The notes beneath the pieces were generated by a model. That model was not told the origin of the DNA. It worked only from the letters and a program-made list of their open reading frames with translations, and searched no databases. 64,000 bases of DNA from Octopus bimaculoides (taxonomy: Eukaryota), in the NCBI RefSeq assembly GCF_001194135.2, contig NC_068982.1, positions 105,251,342-105,315,341 on the forward strand, written 5' to 3'. Position numbers and translations under genes: made by a program. Position 1 is the stretch's first letter, and each line of letters begins with the position of its first letter. Positions 36,685 through 47,991 of this stretch are shown piece after piece.

Positions 36685-39125
36685 ACAATCCAATTATATA
36701 ACTTAATGCTCATCAGAGTAAGCTGATATGGAAGGGAATATGGCAACTGTTCTTTATTGTCGGTGGGGGGCGGATTAGCACAACCAGTGGCTGCTGTGAA
36801 AAAAGTGTTAAGTGAAAAAGAGCCAGGGAATTATGTTCGGAGTTATGTCCCCTGGTTGGGTATGCTGTGAAGCCGGTAAGAGTTATCTTGAAGTGGGAAA
36901 TGTGTATTATTAATGTGGTGCTCCTGTGGGGGTGAGGTGTGTATGTGCAATAGTGTCATATGCATAATTTTTTCCAGGGGTGTAGATATATATAGCTGTG
37001 ATCATTGGTCTGTTTTCTTTCTGTAAAGGATAAGGCCGTGGAATTTTTCTTATGTTGGCGTGCAGTGTGTAATGTATGTGTGTGGGTACAATTTGTGTGT
37101 AGGGATATGTGTTGGGGGTGGTGGGAGACGGTCTGTTTTGTGGGGTGTTGACCTTATAGGGGTGTGCGTGAGAGTACATGGGTGCACTGGTGTGTGCCTT
37201 GGTCAAATTTGTTTTGCTAGGCCTGAGGGCATTGGTGGAAGGTCATTGATGGAGGGGACTTGTGGTTGCAGTCATGGTGGGGCACGCAGGTACGATAGGA
37301 TGTACTTCTTTTCATGCAGGCAAGGATTAAACACTTCACTCCTGCTATTCAAGTAGACATCCGGGCATTGCGTACTTTTTAATATTGCTCTTTTCTCAGC
37401 CAGGCATAATCTGCACTTCCTGCTGCTATTGAAGTATGGTTTACATTTTTCTAGGATCTTCTACTTTCAAAGCCCAGACACACTTGGCGAGAGTTGTGGT
37501 GTTACGTCTCTCTGGGATGTTGAAGGAGGGCTTGTGGTTATTAAAGCAGGTTCTGAAGGGGCCTTCCGTTGCCCCCACATACTTCTGCATGCTCGGTTGT
37601 CCATTGGATCCTGTTGCTGTTGCTTCTTCTTCATAAACAACTGTCTCTGTATTGCAGTGGTCATTCAGTGAACAAGTTGTGTTACTCTTGCCTCTTCCTT
37701 GGGTGTGGGCCTACCTATTAAAATCTTTTTTTTTTACGCTAGGTGCACAGCTAAAGGAATAATCTCAGGGTATGTCTATTAAATATTTTGTTGAATCTAT
37801 TGGTATGGGGGAAGTGTCTATCAACTAAACTGAGGAAGATCTTACCTACTCTGGTCTTAATGTTTAAAGAGAATGGAGACGTGAACCACAGTACTTTCCA
37901 GTGACACTTTCCCTTGTGGGGGCTAGGCTCTGGCATGTAACTAATATTACTCTTGAAGCTGCTGGCAGCCAAAGCCTGGTTGTAGTACAGAGCAGCAGCA
38001 TTAAAGATCTCTTTGCTTGAAGACAAGCTGGAGATTCTCCTGCTGACACCCTTAACAAGGTTCCTGAACACTATGGCTGGATGGCAGGAACCTGAGTTAA
38101 TATAAGACAATTTCTCATTTGGTTTCCTAAAGGGCCTATAGGCACCATATTCTAGGTCCAGGGTTATGTCAAGGAAATCTACCATTTTCAGGTTGGTCTC
38201 TATAGTGACCTTCAGTCTGAGGAAGTTCATGATGCTTGTGAGGTCCCTTCTGATCCTATCTAGAGTGTAGGGATCTATTTCAAAACGGGGGCACCAGTTT
38301 TCATTTATGCTTTATGTAGTGTTTTTGGTACCGAAAGACTTTCAAACTTCGTATACTTATCTATTTTGTTATAGAACAGAAAAAAATTTTTGTATTCGAA
38401 TTTATTTCATGTAAAAAATTGTCTTATTTCGATAATTTCTACTAATCACTGACGTCTATTCAGTTGAAAACAGTTAGCGCTGTAACGGTGTATATCGTAT
38501 TAATCCCCTAACCCTAACCCTAACTAGACTGTTACCCTAACCCTAACTCTAGAATCCGAACTCTAAAATTGTTACACGCATAGATACACACAGCGTAATT
38601 TATTATATAAACAATATATGCGTATAAATTACGATTAAACCGGATGAAATATGTCACAGGGAATAACATTTTTATGACCGCCCAGCAGTAACTCTATTCA
38701 GCTGAATAGACGTCAGTGATTGGTTGAAATTACAGAAATACGACAACTTTAACATGGAATAACTTGCGATGTACGTTTTTTTGTTAAGAAGACTAAGAGT
38801 AAAAGATATTTTATATGACACATTCTACCAGTGTCCCAAGTTTCAAAGTGTTTTGTTAGTGTTTCGTTAAGAAAATACTGGTGCCCCCGTTTTGAAATAG
38901 ATCCGCGTGTAGCTGTTAGCACCTCTTGATATTGCCAGCGTGAAGAGGTCAAGACTAGTTGAAGGGAATTTCTTTTTTAGTATATCTAGGATGAAGAGAC
39001 CGACTAGGTCACATACGTCTGCACTGTCAAAAGCACCCATTGCCACGTCAAAGGAGCCCTCTGGGTCAATGCGTTTGACCCAAGCAGACCCCTTACTGAA
39101 GAGTAGGGTTCTTTCTGACATGCAT
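36685..39125 (-). mobile_element. Penelope-like element (RT + GIY-YIG endonuclease + 3' tail), 5' truncated, interrupted by a MITE
   Basis: RT: FDVAMGAFDSADVCDLVGLFIL and TIETNLKMVDFLDITLDL...FRKPN...YIN..SCHP. GIY-YIG: KYVGATEGPF...FNNHK and KCRLCLAEK...LNSRSE...CLH. Removing 38271-38904 plus one TSD restores GANSYTLDRIRRDLTSIMNFL in frame. Confidence 0.9.
38271..38904. mobile_element. 634-bp non-autonomous DNA transposon with GG termini (Merlin- or Mutator-type)
   Basis: Perfect 28-bp TIR GGATCTATTTCAAAACGGGGGCACCAGT. 8-bp TSD GAGTGTAG/GCGTGTAG. Further inverted subterminal blocks (~38400-38470 / 38695-38765) and internal (CCCTAA)n at 38506-38547. Confidence 0.88.
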
Positions 39126-39131
39126 AATGTT

Positions 39132-39532
39132 GGTAATCTTCCAATTTAGGGAGGTAAAAAAGTCAATAAAAATACAAGGGAAATAACTCAACGTCTTACT
39201 AGTATTATCCGTAATCTCTCCACCCCCACCCGTTCGCGCATTTTTTTTCTTCATATTCGTTCACAGCAAGTTGTTTTACACCTATTGCACTTTTTTTTTT
39301 TTTGAGCTCGGGTCAAACGCTTTAGTTTGACCGTTATTTCCCTATACTAGAAGATTACCATAAGTTGTTGTGCAGCCGGTACTATGATATTCAATCACGT
39401 GTGTGATTTATTTATAAACAGCTAAAAATAAAACACATTTCAGAGTAGTACGGATAATACTAGAAAGACGTTAAGTTATTTCCCTTGTATTTTTATTTAC
39501 TTTTTTTTACCTCCCTAAACTGGAAGATTACC
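39132..39532. mobile_element. MITE with ~80-bp TIRs starting GGTAATCTTCC
   Basis: GGTAATCTTCCA.TTTAGGGAGGTAAAAAA...CAAGGGAAATAACT.AACGTCTT.CTAGTATTATCCGTA at both ends in inverted orientation. No TSD visible. Confidence 0.8.
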
Positions 39533-39861
39533 TGTGTGTATACATGCATATATATTCTTTGTATTATATATATNNNNNNNNNNNNNNNNNNNNNNNNNNN
39601 NNNNNNNNNNNNNNNNNNNNNNNNNNNNNNNNNNNNNNNNNNNNNNNNNNNNNNNNNNNNNNNNNNNNNNNNNNNNNNNNNNNNNNNNNNNNNNNNNNNN
39701 NNNNNNNNNNNNNNNNNNNNNNNNNNNNNNNNNNNNNNNNNNNNNNNNNNNNNNNNNNNNNNNNNNNNNNNNNNNNNNNNNNNNNNNNNNNNNNNNNNNN
39801 NNNNNNNNNNNNNNNNNNNNNNNNNNNNNNNNNNNNNNNNNNNNNNNNNNNNNNNNNNNNN

Positions 39862-39904
<43 letters not shown>

Positions 39905-41099
39905 AGAAAGAGAGAGAGATTACTCAATAAAAAAAGAATGAAAATATTTTTATCAAAAAATAGTTTCAGAAATTAAAATTCTTACTATATAAACCTTATT
40001 ATATTTCCTATCACGCTAACTTGTTTCAGTCTATCGGCTGGATACTTTCCTATAACAAAGATATTAACAAAGAAGATTCTTACCAATTGTTCTGATCGAA
40101 CGGACCTAGCATCAAAAACATTCACCGTCCGGTCTATTTTTGTTTTTTAGTCTTCTTCAGACATAGTGTACCCCAAACAACACAAACCAATATTTTTGTC
40201 TTTTAAGTCATTAGGGTGTTTGAGGAAAATTTAGACGTTATTTCTAGTTGGCAAATTTTCGCTCGCTTCTTATCAGTTGTATGTATAATGCAATACCAGC
40301 AAACCAGCTCAAATATTTAGTATTTACACACGTTTCCAGAGACGTGTGGGATGTAAGAGAATAAATCGACCCAAAATATTACTAATACTTGTTCAATCAC
40401 ACATCAGGAAGGGATAAAACAAAACAAATTCAGTAAATCCTTGAGGTATTTCAATGTAAAAATACGTGTGGGTGGGAGATTTGATGAATTTGTTTAGCTA
40501 AAGACAATGTAAAAATAAAACAGTTAAAAATCATGTTAACTGATAATAATACAATAAAAATATTTACGTTAATATTAAATCCAAAACTACTGCATCGACC
40601 TCTGTAACAATATTTCATGCAGTCACCATTTCATAGCACCGGAATGTTTATTAGTGAAAACTAACCGAAAACTTCAGCAGAAAATAAATTATAGACAGTT
40701 CGTAATATAGTGATTAGTTTTAAGAAAATATATTTAATTTCGTCTTTTATTTCTGTTGCAGTGAGAGTCTTAAAAGGAATAATACTTTTAATTAATTTTT
40801 TTAAATGGACTAGCTATGTCATTAGTTATGTCTGAAATATCCGTAAACTTGTACATTTCTTTGTTGTCATCTAGAGACGATTCCTTTTCCAGAGGATTTC
40901 TTACAATAAATATTTGTATATTTCACACTTGTTTTTAATTTTCTCGTATCTCTCACACTAAAATAAAATATTCTTCGATAAATATTACAGAAACAGATTA
41001 TTGCAGAGAAGGGAATCAATACTTCAAACATCTTAAGCTTCTGGTGTCTTGCTGGGTGTCACATAGTTTGTCTACTCCTCAGCAATAAATGGTCGGTAG

Positions 41100-41535
41100 C
41101 TAATGACAAGTGTTAGTTCATTAACACCACACCGAGTGTGCATGAAATGGGGGAATATTCAGGTGGAGGAAGACTGGAAAGCGGCTGGCACTCGATGTGA
41201 CGAGGTACGAGAGAAGATCGTATCTCTCAATGATCAACTGTAGACCAGGGCAGACGACGATATGGAGACAAATCGGGATAGGCGACTGCAATTGAAATTT
41301 CAGGAATGCTGAACGAGATATTCCTAGCAAGGGTCTCAGTGGACAAGTTATTCATAGACAACAGCATCGCATTTCGTTGAGGGCTGCTGAAGGAAACGCT
41401 CGACAAATAGAATGTCAGACTCTTCTTCGGAGCTGCATATAGGCCAAATGAAAATAAGATCATGGAAAAACACCATCGAACAATCAAAACCATTGCCGAG
41501 AAGGGGAAATCTTCCCCCTTGAAGCAGTCTTCTGG
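41100..41535 (+). mobile_element. Gypsy integrase remnant
   Basis: WK.LALDVT...LFIDNSIAFR*...AYRPNENKIMEKHHRTIK, with 35 residues between the second D and the E (DD35E). Stops and frameshifts. Confidence 0.8.
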
Positions 41536-41987
41536 CACAACACTGTAATAAATCTGTTCTTCTTACTATACCTTATCTTCTCATCACCTTGCCTCAAATC
41601 ATCTCTATCTCTCTCCTGTTATGGTGGTTGCTTAGTTTTGCCAAATAACAAAGCAACCTTGGTAGTTCTGGTACCATGAAAGAAAAAAAAAAAGCACCCA
41701 GTACACTCTGTAGAATGGTTGGTGTAAGGAAGTGCATCCAGTCCTTCCTAACCATGCTCAACCTGAGACATCAAAGAATGACATAGTCCTTCTGACTCGT
41801 CGGATTTATGTTGAAATAATATTTAACTTATGCCACTATGGAAGGCAGACATAAATGATGAAGATGACGATGATGATGGTGGTGATCATGATTATGATGA
41901 TGATTATGTCTGTTTCAGTAGTCTCTCCTGGTGATCTCAAGCTCCTCCCTCTCCTGCTGTGTGTGTGTGTGTACGCTTGTGTATGTT

Positions 41988-42023
<36 letters not shown>

Positions 42024-42239
42024 TGTATGTATGTATGTGCACACACATACATGTATGTATGTCCTGGATATGACTTTAAGCTGCATCCAGTAGTGGAGCC
42101 CTAGCTCAGGTGTTCCAGGATTTGAGAAGTGTGGAAACCTCCTCTTAGCCATTATTGTTCCCAGGTCTACTCTGACCCCAAAGTGGTAGCATATATCAAG
42201 GTCTCAGTTGTTGGTTAATTAGCATGTTAGGGCTTTCCT

Positions 42240-43050
42240 ACCTATGCATATGAAGACTAGGCCTGGTTGAATTATGCAGAAGAAACCTTCATTGTTTGAT
42301 GAAAGAGAAGGCAGCTGCAGCAATGCAATGTAGAGTGTCGAGAGCAAGACAAGACAAGTAAGACATCTTGGTGATCCACTGTATCTACAGACATGGAAGT
42401 GCTGTTGGTTGGGCATATCCAAAATGTAGAAAGAGTGACAAGACTGTTCTGCATGCTCTTACCCAGTGCCTGAGCATTGCTGACTTGTGAGTTTATGCTG
42501 AACACCAGCTATTACATGTAGAATGGATCCTTCTATTGGCTGAGTTCATTGTGAAGATTGTTCTGTCACCTTCCTTTGGCCAGGAGGAGCAGGCAGTGTT
42601 TATCTGTTTGGTGGCCTTAGCAAAAGAGGTTGTGTGGTGGGTCAGATGGAAAAGGCTAAAGACAGACACTTTCCTCTTTGGCCAAGCCCTCATGAATTTT
42701 TTTTTCAAGCTTCACTTGAATAGGAAAGTGAGGGTGGAAAGGGAAATGCTGTCTTCTAGTGATTTTTTGGAAGGTGGGTGAATGTGGCAATAATGGTCAA
42801 AGCATGCACCTATAGATTGAAGGGAGAGGATGAGGAAAAGGCACTTGCCCTAGTGGTCAGGGTAACTGTGGATTTGTGGGGTTTCCACAAGCAACCTTAG
42901 GAAGTCTCCCAATTTTGAGGAATATTTCATTGTTGAAATTATATTTACTATTGTTATTTTTTCCATGCTCCTTTATGTAACCCCACAGTGTATTCTACTG
43001 TACCGGCTCCCATGTTTCTGTGAACCCTTTAGTGGTTAATAAAGTAAATA
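42240..43050 (+). mobile_element. Tx1/L1-clade LINE 3' fragment with 3' UTR
   Basis: Degenerate zinc knuckle (YPKC...KTVLHALTQC), then CLVALAKEVVWW...KLHLNRKVRVERE. Ends in AATAAA and an (ATT)n tail. Confidence 0.7.
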
Positions 43051-43069
43051 TTATCATTATTATTATTAC

Positions 43070-43120
<51 letters not shown>

Positions 43121-43925
43121 GAACAGGCAGAATCGTTAGTATGCCAGACAAAATGCTCAGTGGTATTTTGTCTGTCTTTACGTTCTGAGTTCAAATTCCA
43201 CCAAGGTCGACTTTATCTTTCATCCTTTCGGGGTCAATAAATTAAGTACCAGTTGCGTACTGTGGTCGATTTAATTGACTGGCCTCCTCCCCAAAAGTTT
43301 TGGGCCTTGTGCCTAGAGTAGAAAAGATTATTATTACCATAAACTGGCAGGATCATTAGCACGCCAGGCAAAATGCTTAGTGGTATTTCATCTGTCTTAA
43401 TGTTCTGAGTTCAAATTCTGCTGAGGTTCATTTTGCCTTTCATCCTTTTGGGGTTGATAAAATAAGTACCAGTTGAACACTGGGTTGTAGTAATCGACTC
43501 AACCCCTCCCTCAAAATTGCTGCCCTTGTGGCAAAATTTAAAACCTTTATTATTGTTGTTGTTGTTGTTGTTATTATTATTATTATGAGCTGGCAGAATC
43601 ATTAGCATGCTGGACAAAATGCTTAGTTGCATTGCTTGTCTTTACGTTTTGTGTTCAAATTCCACTGAGGTTAACTTTGCTTTTCATCCTTTCAGGGTTG
43701 ATAAATTAAGTACCAGTGAAACACCGGGATAAATGTAATCAACTAGTCCCCTCCCACAAAATTTGAGGCTTTGTGCCTATAGTAGAGCGAAATGCTTAGC
43801 AGTATTTCATTAGCCATTACGTTCTGAGTTCAAATTCTGCCGAGGTTGACTTCGCCTTTCATCCTTTCGAGGTCAATTAAATAAGTACCAGTTACACACT
43901 GGAGTTGATGTAATTGACTTAATTC
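43121..43925 (+). mobile_element. Four head-to-tail family A SINEs
   Basis: Copies at ~43121-43330, 43341-43540, 43586-43785 and 43787-43925, separated by (ATT/GTT)n. Confidence 0.85.
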
Positions 43926-44714
43926 CTTTTATTAGATTGGGATTAATACTGGCATTTCAGTTTTGAGCTTACAGCTGTACAGTCTCCTCTTTCTACCTTT
44001 TCAACTGTTCATTGAAGCTGGTGGATCTCATGCCACTCCAATTCAAGCCATCATTCCTGACTTTCTTATCTCAATTCTTCTTGCCATCCATATTGCCTCC
44101 TCTCCAGTCCTTGCACTCATCACTATGTCCAGTTTTGTTTTCCTTGGGTATTGTTCATCTAGAATTTCTTTGCTTGTCAACAACTACAGGATTTTCCTGC
44201 TATTGTTGACTTGAAACTGTCAAAACTGCATGCTCCTCACAGGCTTCACAGTAACTGCATGCTTCTCACAGACCTCAGAGGGCCTTGTAAGGCTGTGGGT
44301 GCAACCGGTTTCTCCAAACCAAACTAATAGGAAAAAGGAAAGCAATGTTGCTAGCAGAATACTTATCCTTACATGTATGCAACAGTAAACAAAATACAAG
44401 ATCTTGTCTTTCAAGGTTACTATTAATGACCCTTAAGTCAAAACAATTCAGCATCTAACCGACACTTTGTAATATTTTACCTTTGAGAATTTATATCTCT
44501 CAATACCATATTATTCCTTAAATTCTGAGACTTTTTCCTAAGTAAGAAATTCTTATTTAGATATTTTCCCATTTTGTTCACAGAATAAACACAGCTTGTA
44601 GCATTTTATTTCAAAATGATATAAAATAATATAAAATCTTAACATTATATGCTATTTTTCCAATTTTTTCTTTTAAATTTCAAAAATAAAATATGTTTAT
44701 GATTAAAAAGAAGC

Positions 44715-44957
44715 TAAAGTGCGTTTTTGTCTCTCACTTTGCCTGTAACAACATGGCCGATTTTAGATCTAGCATTTAGTTATCTTGGCAGTTATTTGAT
44801 CCAAACTATCACTTTCTCAGAACGAGACTCAGCAATAATGGATGATATGTCTGTGTGTTGTGTTACAGTTGTTAACATTGTATAATTCAAATTCTATATT
44901 TTTCAAGGATAAATAAGACAGAAAAATATTTGTATATGTATTTTCTGATGTTGCATC
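44715..44957 (+). promoter_or_regulatory. Candidate BOD1L1 promoter/5' UTR
   Basis: Repeat-free stretch before the ATG, with pyrimidine-rich TTTTTGTCTCTCACTTT and a YY1-like AACATGGCCG at 44750-44759. Position-based inference only. Confidence 0.35.
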
Positions 44958-45086
44958 ATGAGTACAGCAGTAACTTCATCTTCCCCTGGGGATCCCAAAC
45001 TTGTTCAGGAGATCATAGACAAGTTGAAATCTCAAGGTTTGTTCGACCAGTTCCGAAAGGAGGGAATGGGCGATGTAGATACAAAG
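44958..45086 (+). CDS. BOD1L1: BOD1-like protein, coding exon 1 (BOD1/Shg1 domain start)
   Basis: MSTAVTSSSPGDPKLVQEIIDKLKSQGLFDQFRKEGMGDVDTK resembles human [34 protein letters not shown]. Donor AAG|GTAAGT, phase 0. Confidence 0.93.
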
Positions 45087-45391
45087 GTAAGTAGTATCAG
45101 ATACAACTTACGTTTTAATGATTTATTGAATCGTAAAGATGTATTATTGCATGTATTATTGATTGATAAGTTGGATTGTGAAATATTTTAGTGTAGTTTG
45201 ATTAAAACACCGCCGTTAGAAATAAGTAAACAATGTATTATAAACGTGCTTACGGTGATTATCCGGCTTGTGTTATTACTAGGCAACATCTTAAGCAAAA
45301 TTATCAACATTAATCTCCTTACAGTTCTATATTTAAGAGATGAGGAATTATTTACATTTGACGGATATTTGTCCTCATCTTGTTTGTTGTT

Positions 45392-45437
45392 AACACAACG
45401 TTTCGGCTGATATATCCTCCAGCCTTCGTCAGGTGTC
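45392..45437 (-). ncRNA. Minimal type I hammerhead ribozyme (antisense copy)
   Basis: Reverse complement GACACCTGACGAAGGCTGGAGGATATATCAGCCGAAACGTTGTGTT has the same intact core. Confidence 0.78.
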
Positions 45438-45502
45438 TTGGGGAAATTTTGAATAATAGTAACATCGTTAGGAATGGGAACCCAGGTTCAAAATTTCCCC
45501 AA

Positions 45503-45548
45503 GACACCTGACGAAGGCTGGAGGGTATATCAGCCGAAACGTTGTGTT
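45503..45548 (+). ncRNA. Minimal type I hammerhead ribozyme (sense to BOD1L1)
   Basis: Stem I GACAC/GUGUU; core CUGACGA (45508-45514); stem II GGCUG/CAGCC; GAAA; palindromic ACGU stem III; predicted cleavage after GUU at 45543. Confidence 0.8.
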
Positions 45549-47261
45549 AACAACAAACAAGATGAGGACAAATATCCATCAAATGTAAATAATGTAAATA
45601 ATGTATTAATCTCCTTATATATATATGTGTGTGTGTGTATATATNNNNNNNNNNNNNNNNNNNNNNNNNNNNNNNNNNNNNNNNNNNNNNNNNNNNNNNN
45701 NATAATATAAGACTAATCTATATATATATCTTCTAGATATTTTACTAGGAAGACTAAACTTGTTAATAAACCGTAAATGTTATTTCCAAAATATTCTAGC
45801 GTGAGTTTGGTATTAAGAGTACAAAAGTGCACAACTAAAAATTTATAGAAGAGTCGAGATTTTGTGACGTTCATGCATTTCCCAAAGGCGTTGCCAACGC
45901 AAATGAAATGTAGTGTTCAACCGGTAATCAAAACCGGCTTGCTGGACTAAAAGATGCTTCAGTTTCTTCTACTAGGAACAACACTCTTTATTTACGGGGA
46001 ATCGGGAAGTGAAAATCTAATAAACAAATTAGCGTTGTTGAAATTGAAAGGAAATGTTTTCTACAGGGAATCGAAACGTAAACAGGTTTCTCCTACCACG
46101 CTCGACTGAGTCAAGTAAAGATGACATCTAAACAAAACAAAACAAAAGAAAAAAGAAAGAAAAAGAAAAAAAAAACGTCTTTTAATATCACAATTATTTT
46201 CTTAAGATTCAAACATCATTGCTTCCGTGACATCACACTGGAGGAGTCTTCAGTAAAGCCCTTTGTGTTAAATGATCATAATAAAAGGACAATCTCCATA
46301 CACCAGCAACAAAAACAGTGCAAAACTGATTCTGCAACCATGTTATGATGCCCTACTGTTTGGCCTTTCACCGATTCTCTCCAAACTGCATTAATAGTGC
46401 ACAATCTTAATAAAGTCATATAAGTTGAAGAAGCCTTTGAGCAGTCGTATGATCTGTTGGAAATAGTAGACAAGTCTCTTTCATGTCACACATCGTAAAA
46501 AAGATCAGGGTACCTTAGATAATATGGTCCTAAATGCATTATGCCACTGATATGTGAGACTACATTAACCAATTGACACTTTAGATACACCGAAGTCGAA
46601 ATGTTCATGGTTTGAGCAACTTTGATCACAGTTGATTGGGGTCTGAACCACAACTTTTACCATAAGTTAGATGAATTTTCATAATTTATTTTATATAAAC
46701 GAAGATACACCATTTCAGAGCCTTTTGGGGCTAAACGTGCATATATAACTACATACACTCTCATTTATATAGTAGATATATAGTTCAAATAAATATTTGA
46801 TTAGTCTTCTGTGCTATTGCCTATTAACAGCAACAAGGGGTTTATACCTGTTTTAACAGTCCAGAGCTCATCAATTCGAGTCTCTTTCTCTTCTCAGTGA
46901 CCATTGTGTTTTTCTGTTCAGTCAGATCTACAGAAGCTTGCTCTTTTATTTTATGTCCAAATGTTCTCTTACTCTTCAGAACTTTGGTAAAAGCAAAATC
47001 TTAGTTCTTGTCTACCCACTTGTGGCCTTCATTTATATCACATCTCTGAAATTGAAATTTCCTCACAGACCACTACATTGTAGCATGCATTTATAGAACT
47101 CTCCTCGATCCACACTTTAACAACTCTAATGTATCCAAATGTTTGATTACATCTACACTTGTCCTTTTGTACATTAATAGCACACATGCTGTTGCTTCTA
47201 ACAACAGGCTCCTACAAATTTAATATTATCTTTCACCTTTTCTTAATCTATTGCACACAGA

Positions 47262-47514
47262 AAAAAATAATAAATGCGCCCTTTTAAAGCCTAGCCAGGC
47301 CCGGTTTCTTGGTTTCTGTGGCGTATGTGTTCCCCAGCTGGACGGGACGCCAGTCTATTGCAGCGTTACTTATTTTTGCCAGCTGAGTGGACTGGAGCAA
47401 CATGAAATGAAGTGTTTTGCTCAAGAACACAATGCGTCACCTGGTCCAGGAATCGAAACCACAATCTTATGATCATGCTGCTGACAACCTAACCACTAGG
47501 CCATGCGCCTCCAG
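47262..47514 (-). mobile_element. tRNA-derived SINE with CORE-like and V-domain-like centre (family F)
   Basis: Head GGAGGCGCATGGCCTAGTGGTTAGG...GGTTTCGATTCC and central GACTGGCGTCCCGTCCAG. 13-bp TSD TATTGCACACAGA (47249-47261, 47515-47527). Confidence 0.85.
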
Positions 47515-47991
47515 TATTGCACACAGACACCTTCATATTTAACCGAGATAACTCAGACTAATAAGTATTTACTGGTTTCACAAACAGATGAACGGAAACT
47601 TCAGTGGAATATGACAACTTGGTCTTCTTCAATAGCATATATGAAAGAAATAGTCTTATTCTGCAACCTCCTTGTAAATTAACAATAGTTAAGCATTCGA
47701 GACCACATCCAAGTGATGGTCATTTGGTTGTTTGGTGATAATTCCCTTAACAATACACTGCAATCTCTAACTGATAGATGTACTCTCTGCTCCTTCTAAT
47801 ACTTCTATTACCTTACTCTGCCACCGAAGTTCACCTATCCTACTTCTTCTCTGCCTCATTGTCCTTACTGTGCCTAATGCTCCAAACTTTTTATTACTTT
47901 TCCTAATAATCCCACTTCAGGATGGGTCTTCCTACCCATCCCTTGCATAATATTAATGTTTTTTTTTCTTTGATAAGACCTCAAAGTTTAA

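Larger units (their letters stand above)
45322..45604. mobile_element. Penelope-like-element tail inserted as an inverted duplication in BOD1L1 intron 1
   Basis: Arms 45347-45453 and 45487-45593 are 105/107 complementary around a 33-bp spacer. The 13-bp direct repeat ATTAATCTCCTTA flanks it (45309-45321, 45605-45617). Confidence 0.8.

Noticed and set aside
38506-38547. Relic chromosome end or fusion site
   Set aside because: There are only five units, enclosed within a TIR/TSD-bounded MITE.
19152-39976. Long ORFs in the track containing X runs
   Set aside because: These are artefacts of reading through N gaps. Only the mariner and Helitron pieces beside the gaps are meaningful.
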